64,000 bases of DNA from an uncultured bacterium (GTDB lineage: Bacteria > Hydrogenedentota > Hydrogenedentia > Hydrogenedentales > JAEUWI01): positions 6,529-70,528 of the forward strand of contig CAXBPH010000003.1 in assembly GCA_963977445.1 (NCBI GenBank), read 5' to 3'. The notes beneath the pieces were generated by a model. It made no database searches and was not told the DNA's origin. It was given only the letters and a program-made list of their open reading frames with translations. The position numbers and the translations under genes were made by a program. Shown piece after piece: positions 1 through 9,422 of the stretch (position 1 is the stretch's first letter; the number at the start of each line of letters is the position of its first letter).

Positions 1-882
1 CGAACGATTCAGTGCTGAAGTCGATTCCGGAATCGTGGGCATGATCGGAATCCCCCGGGGGGTAGGATGCATAAACACCGAGGTCCATCCGGCGTATCCA
101 ATATCCTTGAGCCCTTGAAGAATGGGTACGAAGTCGAGGGGACCAAAGCCGGGTAACTGCTGCATTTCCCGCGCACGGGGCATGGGCTTGTGGCTACCAA
201 AGCCGTGTTCCCAGGCATAAAAGTGACACAGCTTGGGGCCGATGTCACGAATCAGCTGGGCCTGTAACGGAGCGTCCTGGGGCAGATGGTAGGGCGCATA
301 GGCGATACCCAAAGCCGGGCTCGTCGCTAATTCCGCAAAGTAGCGGAGGGAATCGGGACTATTGATCAGGGCATTGCCATGATTTTCAATCCCGAGGACA
401 ACCCCCGCAGCTTCCGCCGCATCGGCCATAGGTTTAAGCTGCTCTACAAATTGCTGAACCGCCGCCTTCAGGCCGGACGCGTCCCCGTTGAATCCCGTAC
501 TGCCCGCAATAACAATCCGCGCACCGAGGCGTCCTGCAATCTTGAGCTCGTCCTGGAGCTTGAAGGGCCCGAGGTCATAGCGGGTCGTCATGCCCAATTG
601 GACATTATTTTCCGCAAGTAACTTCTGGAAAGCTTCCTCGCCCATAGCGTCAAGCTCTTCGCGCTGACTACCGTGACTCTTCGGCCAGATATCGATGTGC
701 GTCGCGCCGACCTTCGCCACCTCCGGGAGGATATCCTTCAGCGGGAGCTGACCATAGAGGCTTGAAGCCAGAATATAGTCCAGCTTGAAGCCCCCTTCAG
801 CCTGTGCGGCCCCAAGGGGCAGGGCGGCCGAAGCGGCGGCTACGGTCGTATACTTCAAAAATTCACGGCGTGTGGAAGCCAT
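1..882 (-). CDS. Sugar phosphate isomerase/epimerase (xylose-isomerase-like TIM barrel) with twin-arginine signal; 3-prime end runs off the window
   Basis: My translation of the minus strand from the ATG at 882 gives MASTRREFLKYTTVAAASAALPLGAAQA (RR TAT motif) followed by TIM-barrel isomerase-like sequence. AGGAGG RBS lies 6 nt upstream. No stop codon before position 1, so the ORF track does not list it. Confidence 0.6.
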   Translation of the reverse strand, partial: MASTRREFLKYTTVAAASAALPLGAAQAEGGFKLDYILASSLYGQLPLKDILPEVAKVGATHIDIWPKSHGSQREELDAMGEEAFQKLLAENNVQLGMTTRYDLGPFKLQDELKIAGRLGARIVIAGSTGFNGDASGLKAAVQQFVEQLKPMADAAEAAGVVLGIENHGNALINSPDSLRYFAELATSPALGIAYAPYHLPQDAPLQAQLIRDIGPKLCHFYAWEHGFGSHKPMPRAREMQQLPGFGPLDFVPILQGLKDIGYAGWTSVFMHPTPRGIPIMPTIPESTSALNRS

Positions 883-897
883 GGTATGCCTCCTGTC

Positions 898-1800
898 TTA
901 CGCTTTGATTTTCATCTGTCCATTTTTCACCATCTGGGTGAAAAGTTCACGTTGCTCGATCAAGGCTTTCACGCCATCTTCGACTTTCGTGCGGCACTCG
1001 AGCAAAATCCAGCCGTCATAATCCATGGCAACAAACATGTCCATGAGTTTCTGATAGGGATAATCACCCACATTCAATTCACGGATGTGGGTCGTGGGAC
1101 CGAAACGATCCTTCACGAGGTTGAAGTTGTGTTCAAGACCGTCACCAATCAAATCCTGGTCATTGGAATTCCAGCATATAAACACATTGGGATCATCGGC
1201 GATATCAAAGATAGCTTTCATGGTGGGCAGTTCGCAGCAGGAGCCGTGGACTTCCACCCGAATCTGCTGACCATGCTCGCCGGCAAACTTACCCACTTCG
1301 TTGAGGGACTTGCCAATCTGCTCGATGGTCTTTTCACGGTCGACGCCCTCGTGGAAACTGTTGGGCTTCACTTTTACACCCGTCGCGCCAATATCGTGGC
1401 TCAACAGAATAAAATCTTTCGTACCCTGAATATTTTCTTTGAGCTTTGCAGGGTCCGGTTCGTCGTAATGTTGGTTGGTGCCCGGTCCCAGGCACGTCAC
1501 CGGGCTATCCGCGAATTTCTTCTTAACTTCTTCGCGCTCGGCCTTGGAAATCGTCGGCTGTACACCATGGGCATGTTCGGTGCGCAGCTCCACGGCCAAT
1601 ACGTCACTCGCCGTACAATTCTTGATGATGGTATCGAGATCCCAGTGTTCGCCCCAAAGATAGGTCACCAGGCCCAGGTGCATCTTGCTGCCGGGCATAG
1701 CCTTGGCAAAGGCCGGTGAAGGAAGTAGCGAAGCACCAAGAAATGCCGCCGCTGCCGCACCGGAGGATTGGACGAAATTACGTCGTGACATTGATTTCAT
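898..1800 (-). CDS. Sugar phosphate isomerase/epimerase (xylose-isomerase-like TIM barrel), TAT signal; paralog of the downstream gene
   Basis: ORF 898..1914. Internal Met gives MKSMSRRNFVQSSGAAAAAFLGASLLPSPAFA (TAT signal), so I place the start at 1800. The fold call is from overall resemblance to that family. Confidence 0.6.
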   Translation of the reverse strand: MKSMSRRNFVQSSGAAAAAFLGASLLPSPAFAKAMPGSKMHLGLVTYLWGEHWDLDTIIKNCTASDVLAVELRTEHAHGVQPTISKAEREEVKKKFADSPVTCLGPGTNQHYDEPDPAKLKENIQGTKDFILLSHDIGATGVKVKPNSFHEGVDREKTIEQIGKSLNEVGKFAGEHGQQIRVEVHGSCCELPTMKAIFDIADDPNVFICWNSNDQDLIGDGLEHNFNLVKDRFGPTTHIRELNVGDYPYQKLMDMFVAMDYDGWILLECRTKVEDGVKALIEQRELFTQMVKNGQMKIKA

Positions 1801-1955
1801 GTGTGAAGCACTCCCAACCTGTTCATATTTCAGTAGATTGCCGTCGCGGCGACCACTATGGTGCGGACAAGCGTATATCGGCTGAGGATAGGCAATTCCT
1901 CGTGAAATTTCCAATTTTTTCTGGGATCGGCCATCACTACCTGGCGCGAGAAGCG

Positions 1956-3059
1956 CTATGGCTGACCAAAAAGCCGCCGGGACTGGGTCATTTCCACGTT
2001 TGGCATGGTTTCGAAGAGCGCGGGCGGATAGACGATATTTATGGGCCCCTCCCGCTCACCCCGATGCCAAGCGGCCAGCAATTCCAAGCCCTCCGCCGCC
2101 GCTTCGCGAACAGGTAGCCACAGGTGAGCACAGGCCTCCGTCAACACCGCCGCATCGTTTCCATAGGTCCAGACGACGGCCTCAAAGTCTTTTCCACACA
2201 CCCGACCGGCACGTCGGGAACCTTCGCGAATACTCGCCGCATCTTCGGTGGCACTGCAATCCACCATGGCCGTGACGTTGCCATCCACCAGAAGGCGATG
2301 CACAATATTGGCGTTATCATTCGTTTTGAAGTTGACCGACTGCATGAGTCGCTCATCGGGCGCGATGCCCGCTTCTGCCAACGCACGCAGGTAGCCCCGT
2401 TGCCGATCAAGACCCGGTTGAAAATTGGCGAAGGCACGGAGCAAGGCTATGGAGCGGTGGCCCCTGTCAATGAGGTACTTGGTGCTCATGTAGGCCCCCA
2501 ACTCATAATCGGCCGTGGCGCTGCTGCACTCGGGGAAGGAGTCGAGTCGACCGAGACTCAGGTAGGGAACGCCATAGCGGTGAATTCGCTCGATGACCGT
2601 ATCGCCGATCTCCAAGGGGTTGAGCAGAAGACAGGCGGAAAAGAGATTTTCCCAGATACTTCGACCATAGTCGCCCTGGGGATCATCGGCGCAGGGGCAC
2701 ATGTCGAAACAGATGCGTCCCCCCTGGGCACCGAAGACACGATGCATTTCACTGAAGAGCCACTGTATGAAGGGGTGGCTCAGGGGCAACTCTTCGGACG
2801 TCGACGAACGCACAACCCCGATACAGCTCGGACGACCACCACGAAGCGCACGGGCCCCCACATTGGGAAAATAGCCCAGCTCATCGATGATCTGTCGTAC
2901 GGCCTCACGGGTGGCCTGGCCAACCCCGCTTTTCTCATTGATCACCCGGCTGACGGTATTGGCCGAAACCCCGGCACGGGTCGCCACATCATAAATGGTC
3001 GGTCTCTTAGTACCCACGAAAATCAACTCCTGCTTCGGTCCGCCCCCGCCTATCGTCAC
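1956..3059 (-). CDS. LacI-family transcriptional regulator
   Basis: N-terminal HTH TIYDVATRAGVSANTVSRVINEKSGV is typical of LacI, and a periplasmic-binding-fold effector domain follows. An alternative GTG start at 3017 would give MGTKRPTIYDV. Confidence 0.8.
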   Translation of the reverse strand: MTIGGGGPKQELIFVGTKRPTIYDVATRAGVSANTVSRVINEKSGVGQATREAVRQIIDELGYFPNVGARALRGGRPSCIGVVRSSTSEELPLSHPFIQWLFSEMHRVFGAQGGRICFDMCPCADDPQGDYGRSIWENLFSACLLLNPLEIGDTVIERIHRYGVPYLSLGRLDSFPECSSATADYELGAYMSTKYLIDRGHRSIALLRAFANFQPGLDRQRGYLRALAEAGIAPDERLMQSVNFKTNDNANIVHRLLVDGNVTAMVDCSATEDAASIREGSRRAGRVCGKDFEAVVWTYGNDAAVLTEACAHLWLPVREAAAEGLELLAAWHRGEREGPINIVYPPALFETMPNVEMTQSRRLFGQP

Positions 3060-3073
3060 CGCCTATCGTAACA

Positions 3074-3083
3074 TTATCGATAA
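3074..3083. promoter_or_regulatory. Perfect 10-bp palindrome TTATCGATAA inside a TAACATTATC motif that recurs at ~3259; candidate LacI operator in an AT-rich divergent promoter
   Basis: Seen directly in the sequence. It lies ~0-40 nt upstream of the candidate LacI starts (ATG 3059, alternative GTG 3017). A second TAACATTATCAGTTACTC copy sits at 3258-3275. Confidence 0.3.
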
Positions 3084-3401
3084 CTCTTAGTCTACTCCCT
3101 ACTTTCCTCCCATAGAAGTTCGGCGCATTTCCAAAACACCAATTTTAATTAACTTGTTTATTTACAATATATTACAGCAACCAACAACAGAACAACCACC
3201 CAACATTAATCTATTCGTATATAATCAATTGACGTAACACCCCTTTCCTGCTACCATTTAACATTATCAGTTACTCACGAATTGATTCATTATTATTTGG
3301 TTGGCGGGGCCTGGAGACCCCCGCGCACGCACAGGGCAGTACCGGCAGTATCCCTTTTCTTTCGAACCGTACACCTATTCTGCTAAACCGTGGAGAGACC
3401 T

Positions 3402-4424
3402 ATGAAAAAAAGAGGCTTTACCTTAATCGAATTGCTCGTTGTTATCGCGATTATCGGGATACTGGCGGCCATATTACTACCAGCCCTGGCCCGCGCTCGG
3501 GAAGCGGCCCGTCGGGCGAGTTGCCAGAACAATCTGAAACAACTGGGGCTCGTGGCAAAAATGTATGCCGACGAGAGCAAAGGCAACCTCTATCCCAACC
3601 CACAGGGCAATGAATTCGGGGGACTGGATTGCGAAACGGGCGGCACAAACGCCAGCTTCACCTACAACAGCCCCTATTCAGCTGCGGCCTTCTTCATGCG
3701 GATGAAAGAGATCTACCCCGAATATCTGACGGACCAGAATGTTATCTATTGTCCGTCTGATCAGGAGCCCAATGTCTTAAAGAACCCCAATACCGGTGAG
3801 GCCTGGGCCCACCTCCCCTGTTCCGACAATGACTTTGGCATTGGCAAAGCCGACATCAGCTACGCCTACACCGCCTGGGTCTATGACGATATCGAAGAAG
3901 AAACCATGTCGGTCACGTTCATGAACCCGGACATTCCGGCCGATTGGCTCGCGGCGCCTCAGGTTGTCGGCTACCTTGCGGTCTTACTGGTAGCTGCACC
4001 GACACGCAATGTCATCGAAGGCGGTGGCGACCCGGAAACGGCCGTCGGCATCCAGTTTAAGCATACCCAAGAGGACATCAAGTTTTCGGACTATATTCCC
4101 TACGACAGTTCCGGCGGCATCAACATGGCCATCACGGCCAATGGCGGGCCCATAGGTAATGGCGGCAGTGATACCATGTTGCGTTTGCGGGATGGTATTG
4201 AACGCTTCCTCATTACCGACATAAACAATGCCGCCGGCTCAGCCCAGGCCCAGAGCAATATCCCGATCATCTATGATCAGGTAAGCGGCACCACCATCGC
4301 CTACTACAACCACATCCCCGGCGGCAGCAACGTGCTGTTTATGGATGGTCACGTGGAGTTCCAGAAGTATGGCTCGGGCGGTGTCACTTCGAAAGGCTTC
4401 GCGGCGGCCTCTTCAATTCCGTAA
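3402..4424 (+). CDS. Prepilin-type N-terminal cleavage/methylation domain protein (planctomycete DUF1559-type pseudopilin-like)
   Basis: [29 protein letters not shown] is the class III signal/N-methylation motif. The C-terminal [11 protein letters not shown] is the H-X9-DG-like end found in DUF1559. GGAGAG lies upstream of the ATG at 3402. Confidence 0.75.
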   Translation: MKKRGFTLIELLVVIAIIGILAAILLPALARAREAARRASCQNNLKQLGLVAKMYADESKGNLYPNPQGNEFGGLDCETGGTNASFTYNSPYSAAAFFMRMKEIYPEYLTDQNVIYCPSDQEPNVLKNPNTGEAWAHLPCSDNDFGIGKADISYAYTAWVYDDIEEETMSVTFMNPDIPADWLAAPQVVGYLAVLLVAAPTRNVIEGGGDPETAVGIQFKHTQEDIKFSDYIPYDSSGGINMAITANGGPIGNGGSDTMLRLRDGIERFLITDINNAAGSAQAQSNIPIIYDQVSGTTIAYYNHIPGGSNVLFMDGHVEFQKYGSGGVTSKGFAAASSIP

Positions 4425-4453
4425 GCGCAAATCAGGCCCATTAAGGTCGTTTC

Positions 4454-4487
4454 GACGCCCCGGAGCAAATTTCGGCTCCGGGGCGTC
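4454..4487 (+). terminator. Perfect 13-bp stem hairpin GACGCCCCGGAGC-N8-GCTCCGGGGCGTC downstream of the pseudopilin-like gene
   Basis: Inverted repeat seen directly. The following T-tract is weak (CTCCGTTTAC). Confidence 0.45.
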
Positions 4488-4628
4488 CTCCGTTTACAGG
4501 GCCCACGGCGCACACGTGGAACGCTGAAAAAGAATGTCCGCGCCCCCAGTGCGCAATTGAAAAAAAACCGTGGGAGGGGTATCCTTAAGGTTGGACTGTA
4601 CTTAGCACCCGTCAGGTAATTTAAATCG

Positions 4629-7535
4629 ATGAAACTTGCCATACATAAGATAGCCGGCCTTTCCTTGGGGATTTTTTCGTCCCTGGCCGTTGGTCAACCC
4701 GCACCCGATCCCGATTTTTTCACAACGGCCGTCAAACCTGTCCTGGAAGCCAACTGCTTCAAGTGCCATGGCGGACGGCCCGCGATTAAAGGAGAATTTC
4801 GCATCACAAGCCAGGAAGGCCTTGCCCGGGGCACGACCCGGGGCCCTGCGATTGACGTGGAGAACCCGGCAGAGAGCGCCCTGCTCCAGATGATCAGCTA
4901 CAGCGATGAGCAACATCAGATGCCGCCATCGGGCAAGCTGTCGCAGGAAGACATTGACACCCTCACAAAATGGGTGACGATGGGTGCCCCATGGGCCCCT
5001 GAAGGCGAAGACTTCGGGGTACCGCCTGAGGAACATCATGGACCGACAGACAAGGGCAAGGACCACTGGGCGTATCAGCCCGTGACCCGTCCCGACGTGC
5101 CCCAGGTAGCCGACCCGAACTGGCAGGCCAATCCTATTGATGCCTTCGTCCGGGCCCGACTCGATGGGGCGGGCTTTACCCCGGCCGAACCGGCCTCCCG
5201 ACAGGTCATGATTCGCCGCCTCTACTATGATCTTACCGGCCTCCCCCCCGCCCCCGAAGCGGTGGAAGCCTTTATTCACGACGAACGGCCAGACGCCTAT
5301 GAACAGCTGGTGGATGCCCTGCTTGCCAGCCCCCACTATGGCGAGCGATGGGCCCGGCACTGGCTCGATGTGGTGGGCTATGCGGAAACCCATGGCTTTG
5401 AGCGAGATTCCGACAAGCCCTTCATGTGGCGCTACCGTGACTATGTCATCGATGCCCTCAATAAAGACAAGCCCTACGACCAATTTGTCCGTGAACAGAT
5501 TGCGGGCGATGAGATGCCCGAAGCCGGCCCCGAACAGTATATCGCGACGGGACTTTATCGCCTTGGCATCTGGGACGATGAGCCCGCCGACAAGGCCCTC
5601 GGTCGCTACGATGAGTTGGATGGCATGGTACAAACGGTAACCGCTACCTTTCTGGGCTCGACCCTCGGTTGCGCCCGGTGCCACGATCATAAAATCGACC
5701 CCTTCCCCACGGTCGACTACTACAGCATGATCGCCTTCTTCCAGGGCATCAAGTCAACCCAGCGTCAGTCAGAATTAACGCCCGTCATGACGAAAGAAGA
5801 ACAGGCCGCCTACGACGCCGGGGTGGCCCAGAAGAATGCCGATGTCGCCCATATCAATGACCAGATCTATCAGGAGGAGCAGCAATTTCTCACCGCCCTG
5901 AATGCCAAGGCGGGCACCGATGCCCCCCCCATTCGGCGGAGCGATCTCGTCGACCTGAACTTCCGCTTTTACCGTGATACGTGGGAAACACTCCCCGCCT
6001 TTGACACCCTCCGGGCCGAAACCGAGGGCAAGCTGGCCCACAATTTTGTAACCCTGTCGGCCGCGAGTCGTAAGGATGCCATGGGGCTGGTCTTCCAGGG
6101 CAAGTTGCGGGTCACAGAAGAAGGCGAACACCAATTCAAGATAAAGGCCAAGGATGGCATCCGCCTCACTATCGGCGAGAAGGTCGTCTATGAAGCCGTG
6201 GGTACCGGCACCCATGAAGAGACGGTTTCACTCCCCCTCTGGCCGGGCCAACACGCGTTCCGCGTTGACTATTTCAACACCTATGACGGGCCACTCCTCG
6301 ACCTCCAGTGGTCCGGGCCCTCCTTCGAGCTTCGCCCCCTGTCGCTGGACGCACCAACGGCGGAAACGCCCGATGTGCCCAAGCTCATCGCGGCACGTGG
6401 TGCTGAAGTCCTCAGTGAAGAAGCCCGCACCCACTATGACCAACTCAAAAAAGACCTCAAGGCGACCCAGGACCGACACGTACCGGGTCAGTGGGGCACG
6501 ACCGTAATTTCCACGGGCCCCCAGGTTGCCGATACCCATGTCCTCCTTCGCGGCAACCCCCATGTGGAAGGTGAGCTGGTCCAACCGAATTTCCCGGGCA
6601 TCTTGAGCCAGGGTGCCGCAGTCGTTCCTCCGGCAAATTCAGACGCAAAATCGCCGGGCCGTCGTCTCGTCCTCGCCAACTGGCTGGCCAGCACAGAAAA
6701 TCCCATGACCGCACGGGTGATGATGAATCGAATCTGGCAATACCATTTTGGACGTGGCATCGTGCGGACCTCCAATGATTTTGGCACCATGGGCGAGCCG
6801 CCGACCCACCCCGAATTGCTCGACTGGCTCGCCAGTGAGTTCGTCGCCCGGGATTGGTCCATAAAATCCATGCACCGCCTGATCTTACTGTCGAACACCT
6901 ATCGCATGTCGTCCAAGGGCGACGAAACCGCCCTGGCAAAAGATCCCCGAAACAATCTGCTGTGGCGCTTCGACGTGCGACGTCTGGAAGCCGAAGAAAT
7001 TCGGGACTCCATGCTCGCTGTAAATGGCAGCCTCAATTCCAAAATGGGGGGCCCACAGGTCTTCCCGCCCATGCCGGCCGCCGTGCTGGCCACGTCGTCT
7101 ACGCCGGATCACGTCTGGGGCAATTCCCCCGTAGAGGAGCACACCCGTCGCAGCATCTACACCCATGTGAAGCGTTCACTGAAGGACCCTCTGCTGGCCG
7201 ATTTTGATATGGCCGACACGGAATCGAATTGTGCCGTGCGCTTTACGACGACCCAGCCTACCCAGGCACTCAACATGCTGAACAGCGACTTCGTAAACAC
7301 CCAGGCCGAACGACTGGCCACGGAGATCACCGAAGAAAATGCCGCCAACCTGCAAACGAAGGTGTGGCTGGTCCTGAATAAAGTCACCCAGCGCACGCCG
7401 GACAACAGCGAAGTGGATATGGGCCTCGCCTTTATCGCCGAGGTCCAGGAGCGCTATGGCTATGATGAGGCCCAGGCCTTTGAGCGATTCTGCCTCCTGG
7501 CATTGAATCTGAATGAATTCTTATACGTTGACTAA
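4629..7535 (+). CDS. Planctomycete cytochrome-c domain (PSCyt) / DUF1549 / DUF1553 protein
   Basis: Signal peptide, then an N-terminal CFKCHGG heme-binding motif, then the large DUF1549 and DUF1553 regions. It is immediately followed by a DUF1501 gene, the canonical pairing. Confidence 0.8.
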   Translation: MKLAIHKIAGLSLGIFSSLAVGQPAPDPDFFTTAVKPVLEANCFKCHGGRPAIKGEFRITSQEGLARGTTRGPAIDVENPAESALLQMISYSDEQHQMPPSGKLSQEDIDTLTKWVTMGAPWAPEGEDFGVPPEEHHGPTDKGKDHWAYQPVTRPDVPQVADPNWQANPIDAFVRARLDGAGFTPAEPASRQVMIRRLYYDLTGLPPAPEAVEAFIHDERPDAYEQLVDALLASPHYGERWARHWLDVVGYAETHGFERDSDKPFMWRYRDYVIDALNKDKPYDQFVREQIAGDEMPEAGPEQYIATGLYRLGIWDDEPADKALGRYDELDGMVQTVTATFLGSTLGCARCHDHKIDPFPTVDYYSMIAFFQGIKSTQRQSELTPVMTKEEQAAYDAGVAQKNADVAHINDQIYQEEQQFLTALNAKAGTDAPPIRRSDLVDLNFRFYRDTWETLPAFDTLRAETEGKLAHNFVTLSAASRKDAMGLVFQGKLRVTEEGEHQFKIKAKDGIRLTIGEKVVYEAVGTGTHEETVSLPLWPGQHAFRVDYFNTYDGPLLDLQWSGPSFELRPLSLDAPTAETPDVPKLIAARGAEVLSEEARTHYDQLKKDLKATQDRHVPGQWGTTVISTGPQVADTHVLLRGNPHVEGELVQPNFPGILSQGAAVVPPANSDAKSPGRRLVLANWLASTENPMTARVMMNRIWQYHFGRGIVRTSNDFGTMGEPPTHPELLDWLASEFVARDWSIKSMHRLILLSNTYRMSSKGDETALAKDPRNNLLWRFDVRRLEAEEIRDSMLAVNGSLNSKMGGPQVFPPMPAAVLATSSTPDHVWGNSPVEEHTRRSIYTHVKRSLKDPLLADFDMADTESNCAVRFTTTQPTQALNMLNSDFVNTQAERLATEITEENAANLQTKVWLVLNKVTQRTPDNSEVDMGLAFIAEVQERYGYDEAQAFERFCLLALNLNEFLYVD

Positions 7536-7600
7536 ACGCCCCACGGCCCCCCGTATCGGTGGCTGGCCAACGAGGGCGCGTAAGACAGGAGTAAAAAGCG

Positions 7601-9073
7601 ATGGCTGACAATAAACCACGCGGTTCATTTTGCGGGCGTACCCGCCGGGAATTTCTCACCACCATGGGCGGCGGATTTACCTCCCTGGCCCTGACCGGAC
7701 TGCTCGCGAAGGATGGCTTCCTGAACAATCAGGCTTTCGCGGCCGATGGGGTATCTTCCTTTGAAAGTCCCCTCGCCTCAAAGATTGCCATGGCCGCCCC
7801 CAAAGCCAAGAGTGTCATCTTCCTCTTCATGTATGGTGGCCCCAGCCATGTGGATACCTTCGACTACAAGCCCGAGCTGTTCAAGCTGGACGGAAAGACC
7901 ATTCAGGTTAAAACAGCCGGACGAGGCGGCAAGAAAAACGAAGGTCGCGTCGTCGGCCCCAAATGGCGATTCAAGCAATATGGCCAATCGGGTGCCTGGG
8001 TGTCGGAACTCTTCCCCCATGTCTCCACCTGCGTGGATGACATCACCTTCCTGAAATCCATGACGGCCGACTCCCCCATTCACGGCTCGGCCATGCTCAT
8101 GATGAATTCGGGACGCATCCTCAGTGGCAACCCGTCCATGGGTTCGTGGGTCAACTATGGCCTGGGCTCCATGAACGAAAACCTCCCCGGCTATGTGGTC
8201 ATGCTCGACAAGACCGGCGGCCCTATCAGCGGTGCCCAGAACTGGAGCAGCGGCTTCATGCCCGCCAACTACGAGGCCACCGTATTCCGTCCCCAGGGCG
8301 ACCCCATCCTCAACCTCTCCAATGATCGTGGCATGTCGCGGGAAGAGCAACGAACGCTCCTGAACCACCTCAACCACTTCAATGACCAGCATCTGGCCGA
8401 CCGGGTCGACAACAGCGATCTCGCCGCCCGCATCGCAAGCTATGAGCTGGCCTATAACATGCAAGTCACCGCCCCGGAAGCCGTTGACCTGGCCCAGGAA
8501 CCGGAGCACGTTAAACGGCTCTACGGCATGGATCACGACCGGACGGAAGACTTTGGACGAAAGTGCCTCATGGCCCGGCGCATGGTCGAGCGGGGTGTGC
8601 GCTTTGTTCAGCTCTACTCCGGTGGCGCCCACAACGACGCCAACTGGGATGCCCACGCCGATCTGCAGGACAACCACAATTACCACGCAGGCAATACGGA
8701 CAAACCCATTGCCGGCCTCTTGAAAGATCTTAAACAGCGGGGACTGCTGGACGAGACCCTGGTCATCTGGGGCGGCGAATTTGGCCGTCAGCCCACGGCG
8801 GAATATGAAAAGGGCACGGGCCGCGACCACAATTCCATGGGCTTCACCATGTGGATGGCCGGTGGCGGCATCAAAGGCGGCATGTCTTACGGCGAGACCG
8901 ACGAGCTCGGCAGCACCGCCGTAACCAACCGCCTCCACGTGAAACGTCTCCACGCCACCGTACTCCATCAGATGGGCCTGGACCCCAACCACCTGAGCTA
9001 TTTCTACAACGGCCTCGATCAGAAGCTCGTCGGTGTAGAAGGTGCCGAGCCGATCTGGGATATTATCGCGTAG
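7601..9073 (+). CDS. DUF1501 protein (sulfatase/alkaline-phosphatase superfamily-like), TAT signal
   Basis: RREFLTTMGGGFTSLALTGLL twin-arginine N-terminus. ~490 aa and paired with the PSCyt/DUF1553 gene. Confidence 0.8.
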   Translation: MADNKPRGSFCGRTRREFLTTMGGGFTSLALTGLLAKDGFLNNQAFAADGVSSFESPLASKIAMAAPKAKSVIFLFMYGGPSHVDTFDYKPELFKLDGKTIQVKTAGRGGKKNEGRVVGPKWRFKQYGQSGAWVSELFPHVSTCVDDITFLKSMTADSPIHGSAMLMMNSGRILSGNPSMGSWVNYGLGSMNENLPGYVVMLDKTGGPISGAQNWSSGFMPANYEATVFRPQGDPILNLSNDRGMSREEQRTLLNHLNHFNDQHLADRVDNSDLAARIASYELAYNMQVTAPEAVDLAQEPEHVKRLYGMDHDRTEDFGRKCLMARRMVERGVRFVQLYSGGAHNDANWDAHADLQDNHNYHAGNTDKPIAGLLKDLKQRGLLDETLVIWGGEFGRQPTAEYEKGTGRDHNSMGFTMWMAGGGIKGGMSYGETDELGSTAVTNRLHVKRLHATVLHQMGLDPNHLSYFYNGLDQKLVGVEGAEPIWDIIA

Positions 9074-9331
9074 GATCGACCTCGTATAGCCCGGCCCCTT
9101 CTCGATACGTTGTTTTTTTAACCACAAAGAACGCAAAGAACACAGAGAAGAGGTAGCCGCAGGGGCGCACAAAACGTCCCTGTGTCTGTTAATTCTTTTA
9201 AGTCGTTCCGCGCGATCGGGTTTTGGACGCGACGCAGGCGCTCCAAAACGCGTTCGTGCGTGGGGACTCGAAATCTGCCGACACCCTGTCACTACTTTCC
9301 CCCACCGACGACACCTTCCCTGCAACAACGA

Positions 9332-9385
9332 CAAACGCCGCTCCCAGCGGCACGAAAAACCGGGAGCGACGTTTGTTTTGCTTTC
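9332..9385 (+). terminator. Imperfect hairpin (AAACGCCGCTCCC...GGGAGCGACGTTT) followed by TTTTGCTTT, in the convergent gap between DUF1501 and nirBD
   Basis: Inverted repeat plus T-rich tail seen directly. Confidence 0.3.
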
Positions 9386-9422
9386 CCAGTGATTCACCTT
9401 CTCTGGGAATATGGGTTCGAAG

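Noticed and set aside
886-1719. 277-aa plus-strand ORF
   Set aside because: It is entirely antisense to the TAT-signal TIM-barrel isomerase gene (898..1800, minus), which has the recognisable fold and signal peptide. It has no RBS or motif.
2124-3071. 315-aa plus-strand ORF
   Set aside because: Shadow ORF opposite the LacI regulator gene, typical of high-GC DNA.
4602-5690. 362-aa minus-strand ORF
   Set aside because: Antisense to the PSCyt/DUF1549 gene. Its Gly/Arg-rich composition is typical of high-GC shadow frames.
7778-9397. 539-aa minus-strand ORF
   Set aside because: Antisense to the DUF1501 gene (7601..9073), whose TAT signal and family features are clear.
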